Assembly: GCA_017483025.1 (NCBI GenBank)
Contig: JAFUMA010000124.1
Span: forward strand, 2,486-66,485
Reading direction: 5' to 3'
Origin: Anaerotignum sp.
GTDB lineage: Bacteria > Bacillota > Clostridia > Lachnospirales > Anaerotignaceae
Length of the DNA stretch: 64,000 bases
The stretch's first letter is position 1, and each line of letters opens with the position of its first letter. The translations under genes were made by a program, and so were the position numbers. The notes beneath the pieces are model-generated. The model saw only the letters and a list, made by a program, of their open reading frames with translations. It searched no databases and had not been told where the DNA came from. Below, one piece after another: positions 28,729 through 38,821 of this stretch.

Positions 28729-28974
28729 TTATTCTTCTATTCCCATTTCCGCTTTAATGAAAACCTTCAGAAGCTTTTCACCATAACTTCCCAATGTTCC
28801 CAACATTTCGTCTACATTGATGAATTCCACTTTCACTTCACCCATCGCCGTCAGGCAGTCATAAAGAGCATCCAAATTGTTACCGTAATACGCAGGAAAA
28901 CCAAATGTTTCTTTCAGATATGCATGCGTTTCATCTTTAGAAACCATCCTTTTTCCATCCAGAACATATTTCAT
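28729..28974 (-). CDS. Barstar-family ribonuclease inhibitor
   Basis: 81 aa. FGFPAYYGNNLDALYDCLT matches the barstar motif (PEYYGENLDALWDCLT). Confidence 0.8.
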   Translation of the reverse strand: MKYVLDGKRMVSKDETHAYLKETFGFPAYYGNNLDALYDCLTAMGEVKVEFINVDEMLGTLGSYGEKLLKVFIKAEMGIEE

Positions 28975-28986
28975 CGACTCACCTCA

Positions 28987-29439
28987 TCAATACAGCTGTT
29001 CAAAGCTTTCATAGTGATCGCCTGTGTAGTAGATATCGCCATCATCGGAAAAGATGATGCGTTCTGCACCACGATAGCCACCCTCATAGTTTACGTCACA
29101 TTCTGTATATTCATCCTCTTCGGGCAGCAGGCCTTCATAATTGCCGAAGTAGTCACCGCCGATACACATGCCATCAGCCACTTCCCACAGGTTGCCTTTT
29201 TTGTTGTCCCAGCCCAGTTCCTGCGCTTCTTTCTTTGTGATAAAGTTATCGGGCAGTTCGCCGTAGGTGTACAGATACAGCGCTACATCTTCTGTGCTGT
29301 AATACCAGCCATCCTCTTCAATAGCATAAACCTCTGTCTGGCTTTCGCCGCCCTGCTCTACTGTGCTGCCGCAACCGCTGATAAAAGCCATGCAAAGCAT
29401 CAGCATCGCCATCAAAAGGGCTGTCCATTTTTTCTTCAT
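28987..29439 (-). CDS. Barnase-family secreted ribonuclease (lipoprotein)
   Basis: YLYTYGELPDNFITKKEAQELGW...GGDYFGNYEGLLP...RGAERIIFS...YYTGDHYESFEQL aligns with barnase. Signal peptide with lipobox FISGC. GGAGGAG RBS at the MKKKW start. Confidence 0.8.
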   Translation of the reverse strand: MKKKWTALLMAMLMLCMAFISGCGSTVEQGGESQTEVYAIEEDGWYYSTEDVALYLYTYGELPDNFITKKEAQELGWDNKKGNLWEVADGMCIGGDYFGNYEGLLPEEDEYTECDVNYEGGYRGAERIIFSDDGDIYYTGDHYESFEQLY

Positions 29440-29504
29440 ATTGCATCTCCTCCTTTTTCTTTGTTCCATCCTAACACGAAAAAGAATTCTTGTCATTAAA
29501 AAAA

Positions 29505-29528
29505 CTCCAGACCCCGAGGGGTCTGGAG
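29505..29528. terminator. Intrinsic terminator after nifJ
   Basis: CTCCAGACCCC-ga-GGGGTCTGGAG flanked by A and T runs. Confidence 0.8.
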
Positions 29529-29569
29529 CAATTTTTTAAATCGCTAAGATAAAACTTTTAGGGTAAGAA

Positions 29570-32500
29570 TTAGCCCTGAGCCAGTTTCTTGTAGCCTTCC
29601 AGTCTTTCTTTTGCTGTCTTTTCTGTCTGTTCGAACAGTTCTTCAGCGATTTCAGGGAATGTTCTCTGCAGGGAGCTGTAACGAACTTCGCTCAGCAGGA
29701 ATTCTCTGAAGTTGCCTGTAGGTTCTTTGGAGTCCAGAGTGAAAGGATTCTGACCTGCTTCTTTCAGTTCAGGGTTGAATCTGTACATCTGCCAGTAACC
29801 TGCTTCAACTGCACGTTTGATTTCGTTCTGAGCACCGGACATGCCGCCTTTCAGACCGTGGTTGATACAAGGAGCGTAAGCGATGATCAGGGAAGGACCA
29901 TGGTATTTTTCAGCTTCTGTCAGAGCTTTTACCAGCTGGTTCTTATCTGCGCCCATAGCTACCTGTGCAACGTATACATAACCATAGGACATAGCGATCA
30001 TGCCCAGGTCTTTTTTCTTCACTCTCTTACCGGATGCAGCGAACTGAGCAACTGCACCAACGGGAGTGGATTTGGATGCCTGACCACCTGTGTTGGAGTA
30101 AACTTCTGTATCGAATACCAGAACGTTTACATCTTCGCCGGAAGCCAGTACGTGGTCCAGACCGCCGAAGCCGATATCGTAAGCCCAGCCGTCACCACCG
30201 AAGATCCACTGGGATTTTTTAACCAGCTGATCTTTATTTTCCAGAACATATGCAACGATGTTCTTAGCTTCTGCATCTGCACCAGCGTAAGCTTCCAGAG
30301 CAGCTACCAGAGCGTCGGATGCTTCTCTGGATTTGTCGCCATCGTTCATTGTTTCTACCCAAGCATCAACAACACCAGCAACGGATGCATCGATTGCTTT
30401 CAGGTTTTCCAGTTTATCTTTCAGACCGTTTCTCATCTGTTTTACAGCGGAAGCCATACCCAGACCATATTCTGCGTTGTCTTCGAACAGGGAGTTTGCC
30501 CAAGCGGGACCACGGCCGTCTTTATTTGTTGTGTAAGGCATAGAAGGTGCGGAACCACCCCAGATGGAGGAGCAGCCTGTTGCGTTTGCAACATACATTC
30601 TATCACCGAACAGCTGAGTTACCAGTTTAGCGTAAGGTGTTTCACCACAACCTGCACAAGCGCCGGAGAACTCAAGCAGAGGCTGTTCGAACTGAGAGCC
30701 TTTTACGGAAGCTTTGCTCATAGGGTTAGCCTTAGAAGCTACTTCATCGATAGCGAAATCCCAGTTAGCAGCTTCAGCTTCCTGAGTTGCCAGAGGTTTC
30801 ATAACCAGAGCTTTGTTAGGAGCAGGACATACTACAGCACAGCTGCCGCAGCCCAGGCAGTCCAGAGAGGATACCTGCATTCTGTATTTCAGGCCAGCAA
30901 ATGCAGCGCCGCCTTTTGCTTCAACTGCTTTGAATGCTTCGGGTGCTTTTGCCAGTTCTTCATCTGTAACCAGAACGGGTCTGATTGCAGCGTGAGGACA
31001 AACATAAGAGCACTGGTTACACTGGATACAGTTTTCAGCCTGCCATTCGGGTACATCAACTGCTACACCACGTTTTTCGTATGCAGCTGTACCGCAAGGG
31101 AATGTACCGTCTTCCATACCGGAGAATGCGGATACGGGCAGTTTGTCACCTTCCTGTGCGTTCATGGGTTCAACGATATTCTTAACGAAATCTGTTGTCT
31201 TTCTTGTGGATGCAACTGCTGTATCTTCAGCTGTTGCCCATGCAGCGGGGATTTCAACCTTAACAGCGCCGTCTACACCACGGTCAACAGCAGCGTAGTT
31301 CATGTTCAGGATTGTGTCACCCTTCTTGCCGTAGGATTTTGTGATAGCTGCTTTCATGTATTCTACAGCCTGATCAATGGGGATGATGTTAGCCAGTTTG
31401 AAGAATGCAGCCTGCAGAACTGTGTTGATTCTGTTGCCCAGACCGATTTCTTTAGCGATTTCTGTACCATTGATGATGTAGAAGTTTGCATTTTTAGCAG
31501 CCAGCTGTCTTTTCAGTTTAGCGGGCAGTTTTTCATCCAGTTCTTCTACGGACCATTCTGTGTTCAGCAGGAATGTACCGTTGGGGTTCAGTTCAGTAAC
31601 CATGTCATACAGGTTTACATATTCCTGTTTGTGGCAAGCTACGAAGTCAGCTGTTTTTACCAGGTATGTAGATCTGATGGGTGTGTCACCGAAACGCAGG
31701 TGGGACTGAGTGATACCACCGGATTTTTTGGAGTCATAGCTGAAGTATGCCTGAGCATATTTGTCAGTATGGTCACCGATGATCTTGATGGAGTTCTTGT
31801 TAGCACCTACTGTACCGTCAGCGCCCAGACCCCAGAATTTGCAGGAGATTGTGCCGTCATCGCCTGTAACGTTCACTTCTTCGCCAACTTCCAGGGATGT
31901 GTTTGTAACGTCATCAACGATACCCAGTGTGAAGTGGTTTTTGGGTTTGTCCAGAGACAGGTTAGCATATACTGCCAGGAACTGTGCAGGTGTAACGTCT
32001 TTGGAACCCAGACCGTAACGGCCGCCAACTACAACAGGAGCTTCTGCAGCTTCGAACAGTGCTGTACATACATCCATGTACAGAGGTTCGCCCTGTGCAC
32101 CGGGTTCTTTTGTTCTGTCCAGAACAGCGATCTTCTTAGCTGTTTTAGGGATTACTTCCAGCAGTTTGGAAGCTACGAAAGGTCTGAACAGGTGTACTTT
32201 AACCAGACCAACTTTTTCGCCTTTTGCTGTCATGTAATCGATTGTTTCTTCGATTGCTTCACAAGCGGAACCCATAGCGATGATTACTCTGTCAGCATCG
32301 GGAGCGCCGTAGTAGTTGAACAGTTTGTAATCTCTGCCTGTGATTCTGCTGATTTCGCCCATGTATTCTTCTACTACTGCGGGCAGAGCTTCATAGAATT
32401 TGTTAGCTGCTTCACGGCCCTGGAAGTAGATGTCGGGGTTCTGTGCTGTACCTCTGATTACGGGATGTTCAGGGTTCAGAGCGTTTCTCTTGAATGTGTT

Positions 32501-33100
32501 AACTGCATCCATGTCGATGATCTTAGCCAGTTCATCATAGTCGATGCATTCGATCTTCTGGATTTCGTGGGATGTACGGAAACCATCGAAGAAGTGAACG
32601 AAAGGAACACGGCCTTTGATTGCGGACAGATGAGCTACGCAAGCCAGGTCCATAACTTCCTGTACGGAGTTGGAAACCAGCATAGCGAAACCTGTCTGAC
32701 GGCAAGCCATAACGTCGGAGTGATCACCGAAGATGGACAGAGCGTGTGCAGCCAGAGCACGTGCTGTTACGTGGAATACGCAAGGCAGCAGTTCGCCGGC
32801 GATTTTGTACATGTTGGGGATCATCAGCAGCAGACCCTGAGATGCTGTGTATGTTGTTGTCAGAGCACCAGCTGCCAGGGAGCCGTGTACTGTACCGGAA
32901 GCACCAGCTTCGGACTGCATTTCTACTACTTTAACTGTCTGACCAAAAAGGTTCTTTTTACCATTCGCTGCCCAGTCGTCTGTTTTTTCAGCCATGGGAG
33001 AGGAAGGTGTGATGGGGAAGATACCAGCTACTTCTGTAAACGCATAGGAAGCGTATGCAGCAGCTTCGTTACCGTCCATCGTTTTCATTACTTTAGACAT
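29570..33100 (-). CDS. nifJ: Pyruvate:ferredoxin (flavodoxin) oxidoreductase
   Basis: 1176 aa. Two ferredoxin-type CxxCxxCxxxCP motifs (CIQCNQCSYVCP, CLGCGSCAVVCP) and a TPP-binding GGDGWAYDIG. Confidence 0.95.
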   Translation of the reverse strand: MSKVMKTMDGNEAAAYASYAFTEVAGIFPITPSSPMAEKTDDWAANGKKNLFGQTVKVVEMQSEAGASGTVHGSLAAGALTTTYTASQGLLLMIPNMYKIAGELLPCVFHVTARALAAHALSIFGDHSDVMACRQTGFAMLVSNSVQEVMDLACVAHLSAIKGRVPFVHFFDGFRTSHEIQKIECIDYDELAKIIDMDAVNTFKRNALNPEHPVIRGTAQNPDIYFQGREAANKFYEALPAVVEEYMGEISRITGRDYKLFNYYGAPDADRVIIAMGSACEAIEETIDYMTAKGEKVGLVKVHLFRPFVASKLLEVIPKTAKKIAVLDRTKEPGAQGEPLYMDVCTALFEAAEAPVVVGGRYGLGSKDVTPAQFLAVYANLSLDKPKNHFTLGIVDDVTNTSLEVGEEVNVTGDDGTISCKFWGLGADGTVGANKNSIKIIGDHTDKYAQAYFSYDSKKSGGITQSHLRFGDTPIRSTYLVKTADFVACHKQEYVNLYDMVTELNPNGTFLLNTEWSVEELDEKLPAKLKRQLAAKNANFYIINGTEIAKEIGLGNRINTVLQAAFFKLANIIPIDQAVEYMKAAITKSYGKKGDTILNMNYAAVDRGVDGAVKVEIPAAWATAEDTAVASTRKTTDFVKNIVEPMNAQEGDKLPVSAFSGMEDGTFPCGTAAYEKRGVAVDVPEWQAENCIQCNQCSYVCPHAAIRPVLVTDEELAKAPEAFKAVEAKGGAAFAGLKYRMQVSSLDCLGCGSCAVVCPAPNKALVMKPLATQEAEAANWDFAIDEVASKANPMSKASVKGSQFEQPLLEFSGACAGCGETPYAKLVTQLFGDRMYVANATGCSSIWGGSAPSMPYTTNKDGRGPAWANSLFEDNAEYGLGMASAVKQMRNGLKDKLENLKAIDASVAGVVDAWVETMNDGDKSREASDALVAALEAYAGADAEAKNIVAYVLENKDQLVKKSQWIFGGDGWAYDIGFGGLDHVLASGEDVNVLVFDTEVYSNTGGQASKSTPVGAVAQFAASGKRVKKKDLGMIAMSYGYVYVAQVAMGADKNQLVKALTEAEKYHGPSLIIAYAPCINHGLKGGMSGAQNEIKRAVEAGYWQMYRFNPELKEAGQNPFTLDSKEPTGNFREFLLSEVRYSSLQRTFPEIAEELFEQTEKTAKERLEGYKKLAQG

Positions 33101-33688
33101 TTCTTTTCCTCCTTTTTTATTAGAGAGTTTTGTTTTTTTGAGGGCAAGCCCTCTTTAATCTTTTGCAGCCATCAAAAATGGCGGCATACCCTTTTTCCGG
33201 CAAAGGGAAAAAGTTTATCAAACTCTTTGTCTGACAAGACCTTTATTCTCATTTGGCCGCAAAACGGGAATTATTACTTGATTATTATACAATCAATTCA
33301 AATCCTTTTCAACAGCAAAATGAAAAAACACCCGTTATGTTTATAACAAGATACCTTTTGTTACTTTTTTCCCCATATTTCGTGTTTTAATAAATATTTT
33401 TATGCATTTTTCATTTCTTTTGCAGTTTTCTCTTCTTTTCGTTGTCCGACAAGATTAAATTTTGTACAAAAATTTGTACTTAAAAATTCTTTCCGCAAAA
33501 TAGTTCGTTAACAAAAAGACAACTAAAGTGTATACAGTGTATCTATATCCAAACAAACCAGAAAAATGTAGCCCTTTTTCTGACAAAATCATACAAAAGA
33601 AGTGGCAAACCAACAAAATCAGATGTCTGATTTCACAAATTTGGTCATTTCTTTTTCGCTTCGTTCATCTCCTTTCAAACAAAAAAAG

Positions 33689-33720
33689 AAGAGAGCGAAT
33701 CCGTTTCCTTCTCGCTCTCT
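33689..33720 (-). terminator. Intrinsic terminator
   Basis: Minus strand reads AGAGAGCGAGAAGG-aaac-GGATTCGCTCTCT followed by a T-run. Confidence 0.7.
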
Positions 33721-33740
33721 TTTCATATGATTCTTCCGTT

Positions 33741-34769
33741 TTATTTATGGAGCAGCGCCTTATAGCTGTCCTTCCAGACGGGTTGTTTGCCCTCTGTTGT
33801 CCAGTGATGCATTTCCAGGCTGCTTTCGTTGCTGCCCTTCAGCAGCACCAGACCACCTTCGGAAGTCAGACAGAATCTATCCTCTGTCCAGCCTTCTCCG
33901 GCAACCGCCTTCATTTCCTCCAAAGAGGCTTCTGTCAGCATATCCGCCAGTGTCACTGTCTTCTGTCCCATCAGGTCGAAGTTTTTCGCAAACTTCACAG
34001 AAACGCCGTCTTTTGTCCCTTCCCACCAGATGGAAAGGAAATCCTTCGTATACATACCGGTTTTTACTCTCAGCTGCAGCAGACCATCGCCATCTTCTTT
34101 TGCTTCTGCCGTCATGAAATCATCGGCATAAGCCTGCATTTCCTGCATATTTTTATCATTCAGGCTGGCTTCATATTTACCATCATTCAGACCAACGATG
34201 ACCGGTACTTCTATCGTATAAGATTTGCCCTCTTTTTTACCGGAAATTTCTTTCATCGCCAGTACAGGTACTGTGTTATCCTTCGTCTGCAGGGTCACCT
34301 GTCTGGTTTCATGGTTGAAATCCACTTCCCCTGTATAGTATGCGGAGATGACCTTTTCATCAGCATACAAGCAACCGTTGATCATTTCCACTGCCTCAGG
34401 CAATGTCACTTCATAGCCATTCAATGTGGCTTCCTTTTCCCCCGGCTGTACCGCCAGCGTTCTGCCGCGATAGGAAACCTCTACAGCTCTTGTTTCCCCG
34501 TTCCATTTTACAGAACCGCCCAAACCTTCCATCACGTTGCGCAAAGGCAACAGCAACTTATCCTGGTCATCAAAATAAATGGGCATGTTTTCCATGTTTT
34601 CCAGGGTCTTGATACCTTCTTCCGTTATTTCCGTTCCCTGCTCCACGGGAGCTTCAGGAACCTCTATTTCCATTTCATTGGGGCTTGTCAGACTCATGGC
34701 GATGCCAATGGCACCTGCCAGCAGGGCCGCCCCCGCGATCGTAATGATCGAAACTTTTTTAAATGTCAT
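33741..34769 (-). CDS. Membrane-anchored protein with a copper-amine-oxidase-N-terminal-like (stalk) domain and a DUF4163/DUF3298-like C-terminus
   Basis: N-terminal TM segment. The stalk-domain pattern LLPLRNVMEGLGGSVKWNGETRAV. The C-terminal assignment is from recollection only. Confidence 0.5.
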   Translation of the reverse strand: MTFKKVSIITIAGAALLAGAIGIAMSLTSPNEMEIEVPEAPVEQGTEITEEGIKTLENMENMPIYFDDQDKLLLPLRNVMEGLGGSVKWNGETRAVEVSYRGRTLAVQPGEKEATLNGYEVTLPEAVEMINGCLYADEKVISAYYTGEVDFNHETRQVTLQTKDNTVPVLAMKEISGKKEGKSYTIEVPVIVGLNDGKYEASLNDKNMQEMQAYADDFMTAEAKEDGDGLLQLRVKTGMYTKDFLSIWWEGTKDGVSVKFAKNFDLMGQKTVTLADMLTEASLEEMKAVAGEGWTEDRFCLTSEGGLVLLKGSNESSLEMHHWTTEGKQPVWKDSYKALLHK

Positions 34770-34843
34770 GTTTCTCCCTCTTTCTGTTTCAACTCAGAAA
34801 GCATACCATAAAGTAGTACAAAATGCAATCTTTCCGCATAAAA

Positions 34844-35848
34844 TCAGCTTTTCTCAAGGAAATAAGATGCAATTTTCATTGGCAGGGATACGGCATCCTT
34901 GACCAAAGGCGCACGGCTGACCGTGATTTCTTTCTCTCCGCAGCTGATACCAATTTCCTTTGTCTCCTTATCCCAGGTCATTTCTGCACCGACCATCGTC
35001 GCCACATCTCTCATTTTGTAATACACTGCCCCATCCTTCACGCGGCAGGTCAGCTGGTATTCTGCCCCTTCATAAGAAACGGTCATTTCATCCTCAACGA
35101 CCTGTTTCGCTTCTTCCGGCAGACTTACAGACACGCCCAGTTTGGAGAACACCTGCTTTGCATCTTCCGCTGTCAGATAATACGTATTATTTTCATGGTA
35201 AGCTTTCACGATGCATTCCAGGAAGGAGGGCTGTACCATCATTTCACGCAGTTCGCCCTTTCTCCAGGGATTTGCAGAATCTGGGTCTGTAGGGTCCCAG
35301 CCGCGGCGGTTTTCGTCACCCGTGTTGAGCTTCTGCACAGCAGCAGGCTGCAGAGGTTCTTCCACCTCCCCGCGGTACATTTTCACCGTTGTGCCGATGG
35401 GACAATTATCATAGATCCATTTTGCATCCTTCACTGTAATACGGATACAGCCTGCGGAGGCAGTTGTCCCTAATTTGTTATATTCTTCATATTCCAATGT
35501 ACTTTTATCCTTTTCAAAATAAGGCACAGAATGGAACAGATAGTGCCCTGTGATGCGTGTGGCATACTGGCCCCATACGTCACCAAACAAATATCTCCAA
35601 TCGTACTTCACCATCGTCTGGAAAGTGCCTTCCGGCGTATCCTCACCAACACTGCAAAGGAACGCTTTGATCGGGACATTGTATTCCCCTGTTTCGTCCT
35701 GTTCATAAACAGTCACGATGTTATCTGTCAGATTTACTGTTACATAATAAGGAAGCTCTTCTTTTTCTGCTGCAAAAGCAGCTGTACCAAAGGCACACAG
35801 CAGCAGGCAGAAAATCAGAATCCCCATGAGTTTTTTCTTCATTTTCAT
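34844..35848 (-). CDS. L,D-transpeptidase (YkuD domain) with a C-terminal stalk-like domain
   Basis: Signal peptide, then the catalytic pattern HYLFHSVP...TASAGCIRI (His...Cys of YkuD). Confidence 0.75.
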   Translation of the reverse strand: MKMKKKLMGILIFCLLLCAFGTAAFAAEKEELPYYVTVNLTDNIVTVYEQDETGEYNVPIKAFLCSVGEDTPEGTFQTMVKYDWRYLFGDVWGQYATRITGHYLFHSVPYFEKDKSTLEYEEYNKLGTTASAGCIRITVKDAKWIYDNCPIGTTVKMYRGEVEEPLQPAAVQKLNTGDENRRGWDPTDPDSANPWRKGELREMMVQPSFLECIVKAYHENNTYYLTAEDAKQVFSKLGVSVSLPEEAKQVVEDEMTVSYEGAEYQLTCRVKDGAVYYKMRDVATMVGAEMTWDKETKEIGISCGEKEITVSRAPLVKDAVSLPMKIASYFLEKS

Positions 35849-35977
35849 TTCCCCTTATACAAAATTCTCTTTTGTGTCAAACTTCGTCTTTCTTCTCATG
35901 GTGTATTATAAGAAAGAAATCTGCCAGATACAAGGGATGTTTTCTTAAGATTTTCTGAACTTTTTTTGAACAAAAAA

Positions 35978-35999
35978 AGAGACCCCTAACGAGGTCTCT
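35978..35999 (-). terminator. Intrinsic terminator after xylB
   Basis: AGAGACC-cctaacga-GGTCTCT with T7 on the minus strand. Confidence 0.7.
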
Positions 36000-36008
36000 T
36001 AAATCACT

Positions 36009-37535
36009 TTACTGAATGTTCTTCAAATCCTTGAAACTGCTGAACAATGTATGATACAGCTCCTTATACAGTGTAAAGAACTTCGCATATTCGCCGTTCG
36101 CCGCCATATCAGGCTGGGAAACATCTTTTTTACGCACCAGTTCATTACAAGCAGATTCCAGATCAGAATAGATGCCTGCGCCTACGCCAGCCAGGATCGC
36201 AGCGCCCAGTGCGCCGCCCTGATCAGACTGTACTGTACTTACAGGACAGCCATACATATCTGCCAGCATCTGTCTCCAGAAGGGGCTTCTGCCGCCGCCG
36301 CCGCAGATCATCATGTCTTCGATGGGTACGCCCATTTCACGGAATACTTCTACACATTCCCACTGGGAGAAGGAGATGCCTTCCATTACGGAACGGATCA
36401 GGTGAGGTCTCTGATGCATTGCAGACAGGCCGAAGAACACACCACGACAATCGGGGTCGGGATGAGGAGAACGTTCCCCCATCAGATAAGGCAGATACAG
36501 CAGTTTTTCGGAGCCGATAGGAACCTGTGCTGCTTCTGCTGTCATAATTTCATAGGGGTCAACGCCTTTTTCTGTTGCTTCTGCCATTTCTTCTGTGCAA
36601 ACGTTATTTCTCAGCCACTGCAGAGACAGGCCAGCCGCCTGTGTACAGCTCATTACCGTCCATTTGCCGGGAACGGATGCACAAAGAGTATGTACTCTGC
36701 CCTTAGGATCCAGCGCCATCTGGTCGGAAACTGCGTATACTACTGCAGATGTACCAATGGTCGTAAAGGCTTTGCCCTGAGAAACGATACCAGTACCGAT
36801 TGCCGCCGCAGGGTTATCGCCAGCACCACCGACAACGATGGTACCTTCTGCCAGACCTGTCAGTGCAGATGCTTCTGCATGAACAGCACCTGTCACATCC
36901 TGGGATTCATACATTTTACCCAGCAGGTTTTTATCGATACCCAGACCTTCCAGGATTTCATCAGACCATGTGCGTTTTGCAACGTCCATCAACTGCATAC
37001 CGGAGGCATCGGAAACTTCTGTGGCATATTCGCCTGTCAGTTTATAACGGATATAGTCCTTAGGCAGCAGGATATGGGCGCATTTTGCATACAGTTCGGG
37101 TTCGTGTTTTTTCACCCACAGGATCTTCGCTGCTGTAAAGCCTGTTACCGCGGGGTTTGCTGTGATCTGGATGATCTTATCCGCGCCGATCATGCGGTTC
37201 ATATCGTCTACTTCTTCGCCTGTTCTCTGGTCACACCAGATGATGGAACGACGCAGGACTTCACCTGCCTCATCCAGCATAACCAGACCGTGCATCTGAC
37301 CGGAAAGACCGATACCCTTGATATCTGCAGGGTCTACACCGGATGCTTCCAGAACACCTTTAACACCGGCTACAGTTGCTTCCCACCAATCATTGGGTTC
37401 CTGTTCTGCCCAGCCGTTCTGTTCCTGATACAGGGGATATTCAAATGTTTTTGCTGTGATTGGATTGGCATCACGGTCGAAAAGAACTGTCTTTGTGCCG
37501 GAAGTGCCAATGTCAATACCCAGTAAATATTCCAT
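36009..37535 (-). CDS. xylB: Xylulokinase (FGGY family)
   Basis: LGIDIGTSGTKTVLF...NGWAEQEP..., and GGGGRS near the C-terminus. Confidence 0.85.
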   Translation of the reverse strand: MEYLLGIDIGTSGTKTVLFDRDANPITAKTFEYPLYQEQNGWAEQEPNDWWEATVAGVKGVLEASGVDPADIKGIGLSGQMHGLVMLDEAGEVLRRSIIWCDQRTGEEVDDMNRMIGADKIIQITANPAVTGFTAAKILWVKKHEPELYAKCAHILLPKDYIRYKLTGEYATEVSDASGMQLMDVAKRTWSDEILEGLGIDKNLLGKMYESQDVTGAVHAEASALTGLAEGTIVVGGAGDNPAAAIGTGIVSQGKAFTTIGTSAVVYAVSDQMALDPKGRVHTLCASVPGKWTVMSCTQAAGLSLQWLRNNVCTEEMAEATEKGVDPYEIMTAEAAQVPIGSEKLLYLPYLMGERSPHPDPDCRGVFFGLSAMHQRPHLIRSVMEGISFSQWECVEVFREMGVPIEDMMICGGGGRSPFWRQMLADMYGCPVSTVQSDQGGALGAAILAGVGAGIYSDLESACNELVRKKDVSQPDMAANGEYAKFFTLYKELYHTLFSSFKDLKNIQ

Positions 37536-37564
37536 AGCTACACCGCCATTCTGTGTAAATCGAA

Positions 37565-38599
37565 TTACAGTTTGATGACTGCTTTTACAACGTTTTCTTT
37601 ATCGTGGATTGCAGTTTCATATGCTTCCTGAATGTTTTCGAAATCGAATTCATGGGTTGCGATTCTGCCAATATCCAGGCCATTTGCAGCTGCTGCGATG
37701 GCTTTTTTGTACAGGTTTCTGTAACGGAATACAGATTCGATTCTAGCTTCTTTCGCCATGATCTGACCGAAGTTGAATGTGATTTCAGGATTTGCGGACA
37801 GACCTACCAGAGTAATGGTACCGCCATTTTTAACCAGATAAGGTGTCTGCGCGATCGTAACAGGAGAACCTGCTGTTTCGAATACTTTTTCAATACCCAT
37901 ACCGCCTGTCAGTTCTTCTACTACTTTCAGAACATCCTGTTCTTTTGCGTTGATGACACGTGTTGCGCCCAGTTCCATAGCGAAATCCAGACGTTTCTGC
38001 GCCATATCTACCACTGTGATATCTGTAGCGCCGCATGCTTTACAAGCCAGCAGAGTCATCAGACCGATGCAGCCGGAGCCCAGAATGATACACTGATCGC
38101 CCATGCCAACCTTGCCCTGATGTGCAGCGTGCAGACCAACTGCGAAGGGTTCGATCAGAGCGCCTTCTTTTGTTGTCATGCCTTCAGGCAGTTTGAAGCA
38201 CATATTTGCAGGGAATGCAATATAATCTTCGTTACAGCCCTGTACGGGAGGTGTAGCCAGGAAAACAACATCAGGACACAGGTTGTATCTGCCGGATTTA
38301 CAGAATTCACACTGACCACATGTGATACCGGGTTCCAGTGCTACTTTATCGCCTACAGCCAGATCTGTTACGCCTTCGCCCTGTTTTACAACTACGCCGC
38401 CAGCTTCATGACCCAGCATCAGTTCGCCATCAACCACGAAGTCACCACATCTGCCGTCTTTGAAATAATGAACGTCAGAACCACAGATGCCAACGTATTC
38501 AACTTTAACCAGAACTTCGCCTTCCTTAGGTTCGGGAACGGGCGCTTCGCGGATTTCCATTTTGTTCAGTCCTACCATATATGCCTGTCTATTTTTCAT
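37565..38599 (-). CDS. Zn-dependent polyol dehydrogenase (sorbitol/xylitol/L-iditol dehydrogenase-like MDR)
   Basis: GICGSDVHY, GHEAGGVV, and the structural Zn cysteines CGQCEFCKSGRYNLC. Rossmann motif GSGCIG. Confidence 0.8.
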   Translation of the reverse strand: MKNRQAYMVGLNKMEIREAPVPEPKEGEVLVKVEYVGICGSDVHYFKDGRCGDFVVDGELMLGHEAGGVVVKQGEGVTDLAVGDKVALEPGITCGQCEFCKSGRYNLCPDVVFLATPPVQGCNEDYIAFPANMCFKLPEGMTTKEGALIEPFAVGLHAAHQGKVGMGDQCIILGSGCIGLMTLLACKACGATDITVVDMAQKRLDFAMELGATRVINAKEQDVLKVVEELTGGMGIEKVFETAGSPVTIAQTPYLVKNGGTITLVGLSANPEITFNFGQIMAKEARIESVFRYRNLYKKAIAAAANGLDIGRIATHEFDFENIQEAYETAIHDKENVVKAVIKL

Positions 38600-38739
38600 G
38601 TTTATCTCCTCGCTTTCGCTTAATAGAAATACATTCTTTTAAATTTGCTTATGCAAATCCTCATTTTTAATCATAACAGTATCGAGGGAATTATGCAATA
38701 TTTACAATCCCTCAAGGGAAAGATTTTCTTTACAAAAAA

Positions 38740-38778
38740 GGAGGTACCACCTCCGACCAAACCGAAGATGGTACCTCT
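38740..38778 (-). terminator. Internal hairpin plus T6 between the binding-protein gene and the dehydrogenase gene
   Basis: Minus strand reads GAGGTACCATCTTCGG-tttggt-CGGAGGTGGTACCTC followed by TTTTTT. Confidence 0.65.
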
Positions 38779-38821
38779 GAAAATTCGAGATTATATCAAT
38801 CTGTCATTACGAGTTTCGTAA

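Noticed and set aside
29858-33346. Very long plus-strand ORF (1162 aa) opposite nifJ. Similar long antisense ORFs occur at 16843-19026, 22240-24387, 7269-8744, 11869-13521, 48665-50458, 36051-37526, 40942-42405, 52060-53391 and other positions.
   Set aside because: - These are shadow ORFs on the strand opposite clearly recognisable, motif-bearing genes.
- Their translations are Cys/Phe/His/Gln-rich low-complexity strings with no RBS and no family resemblance.
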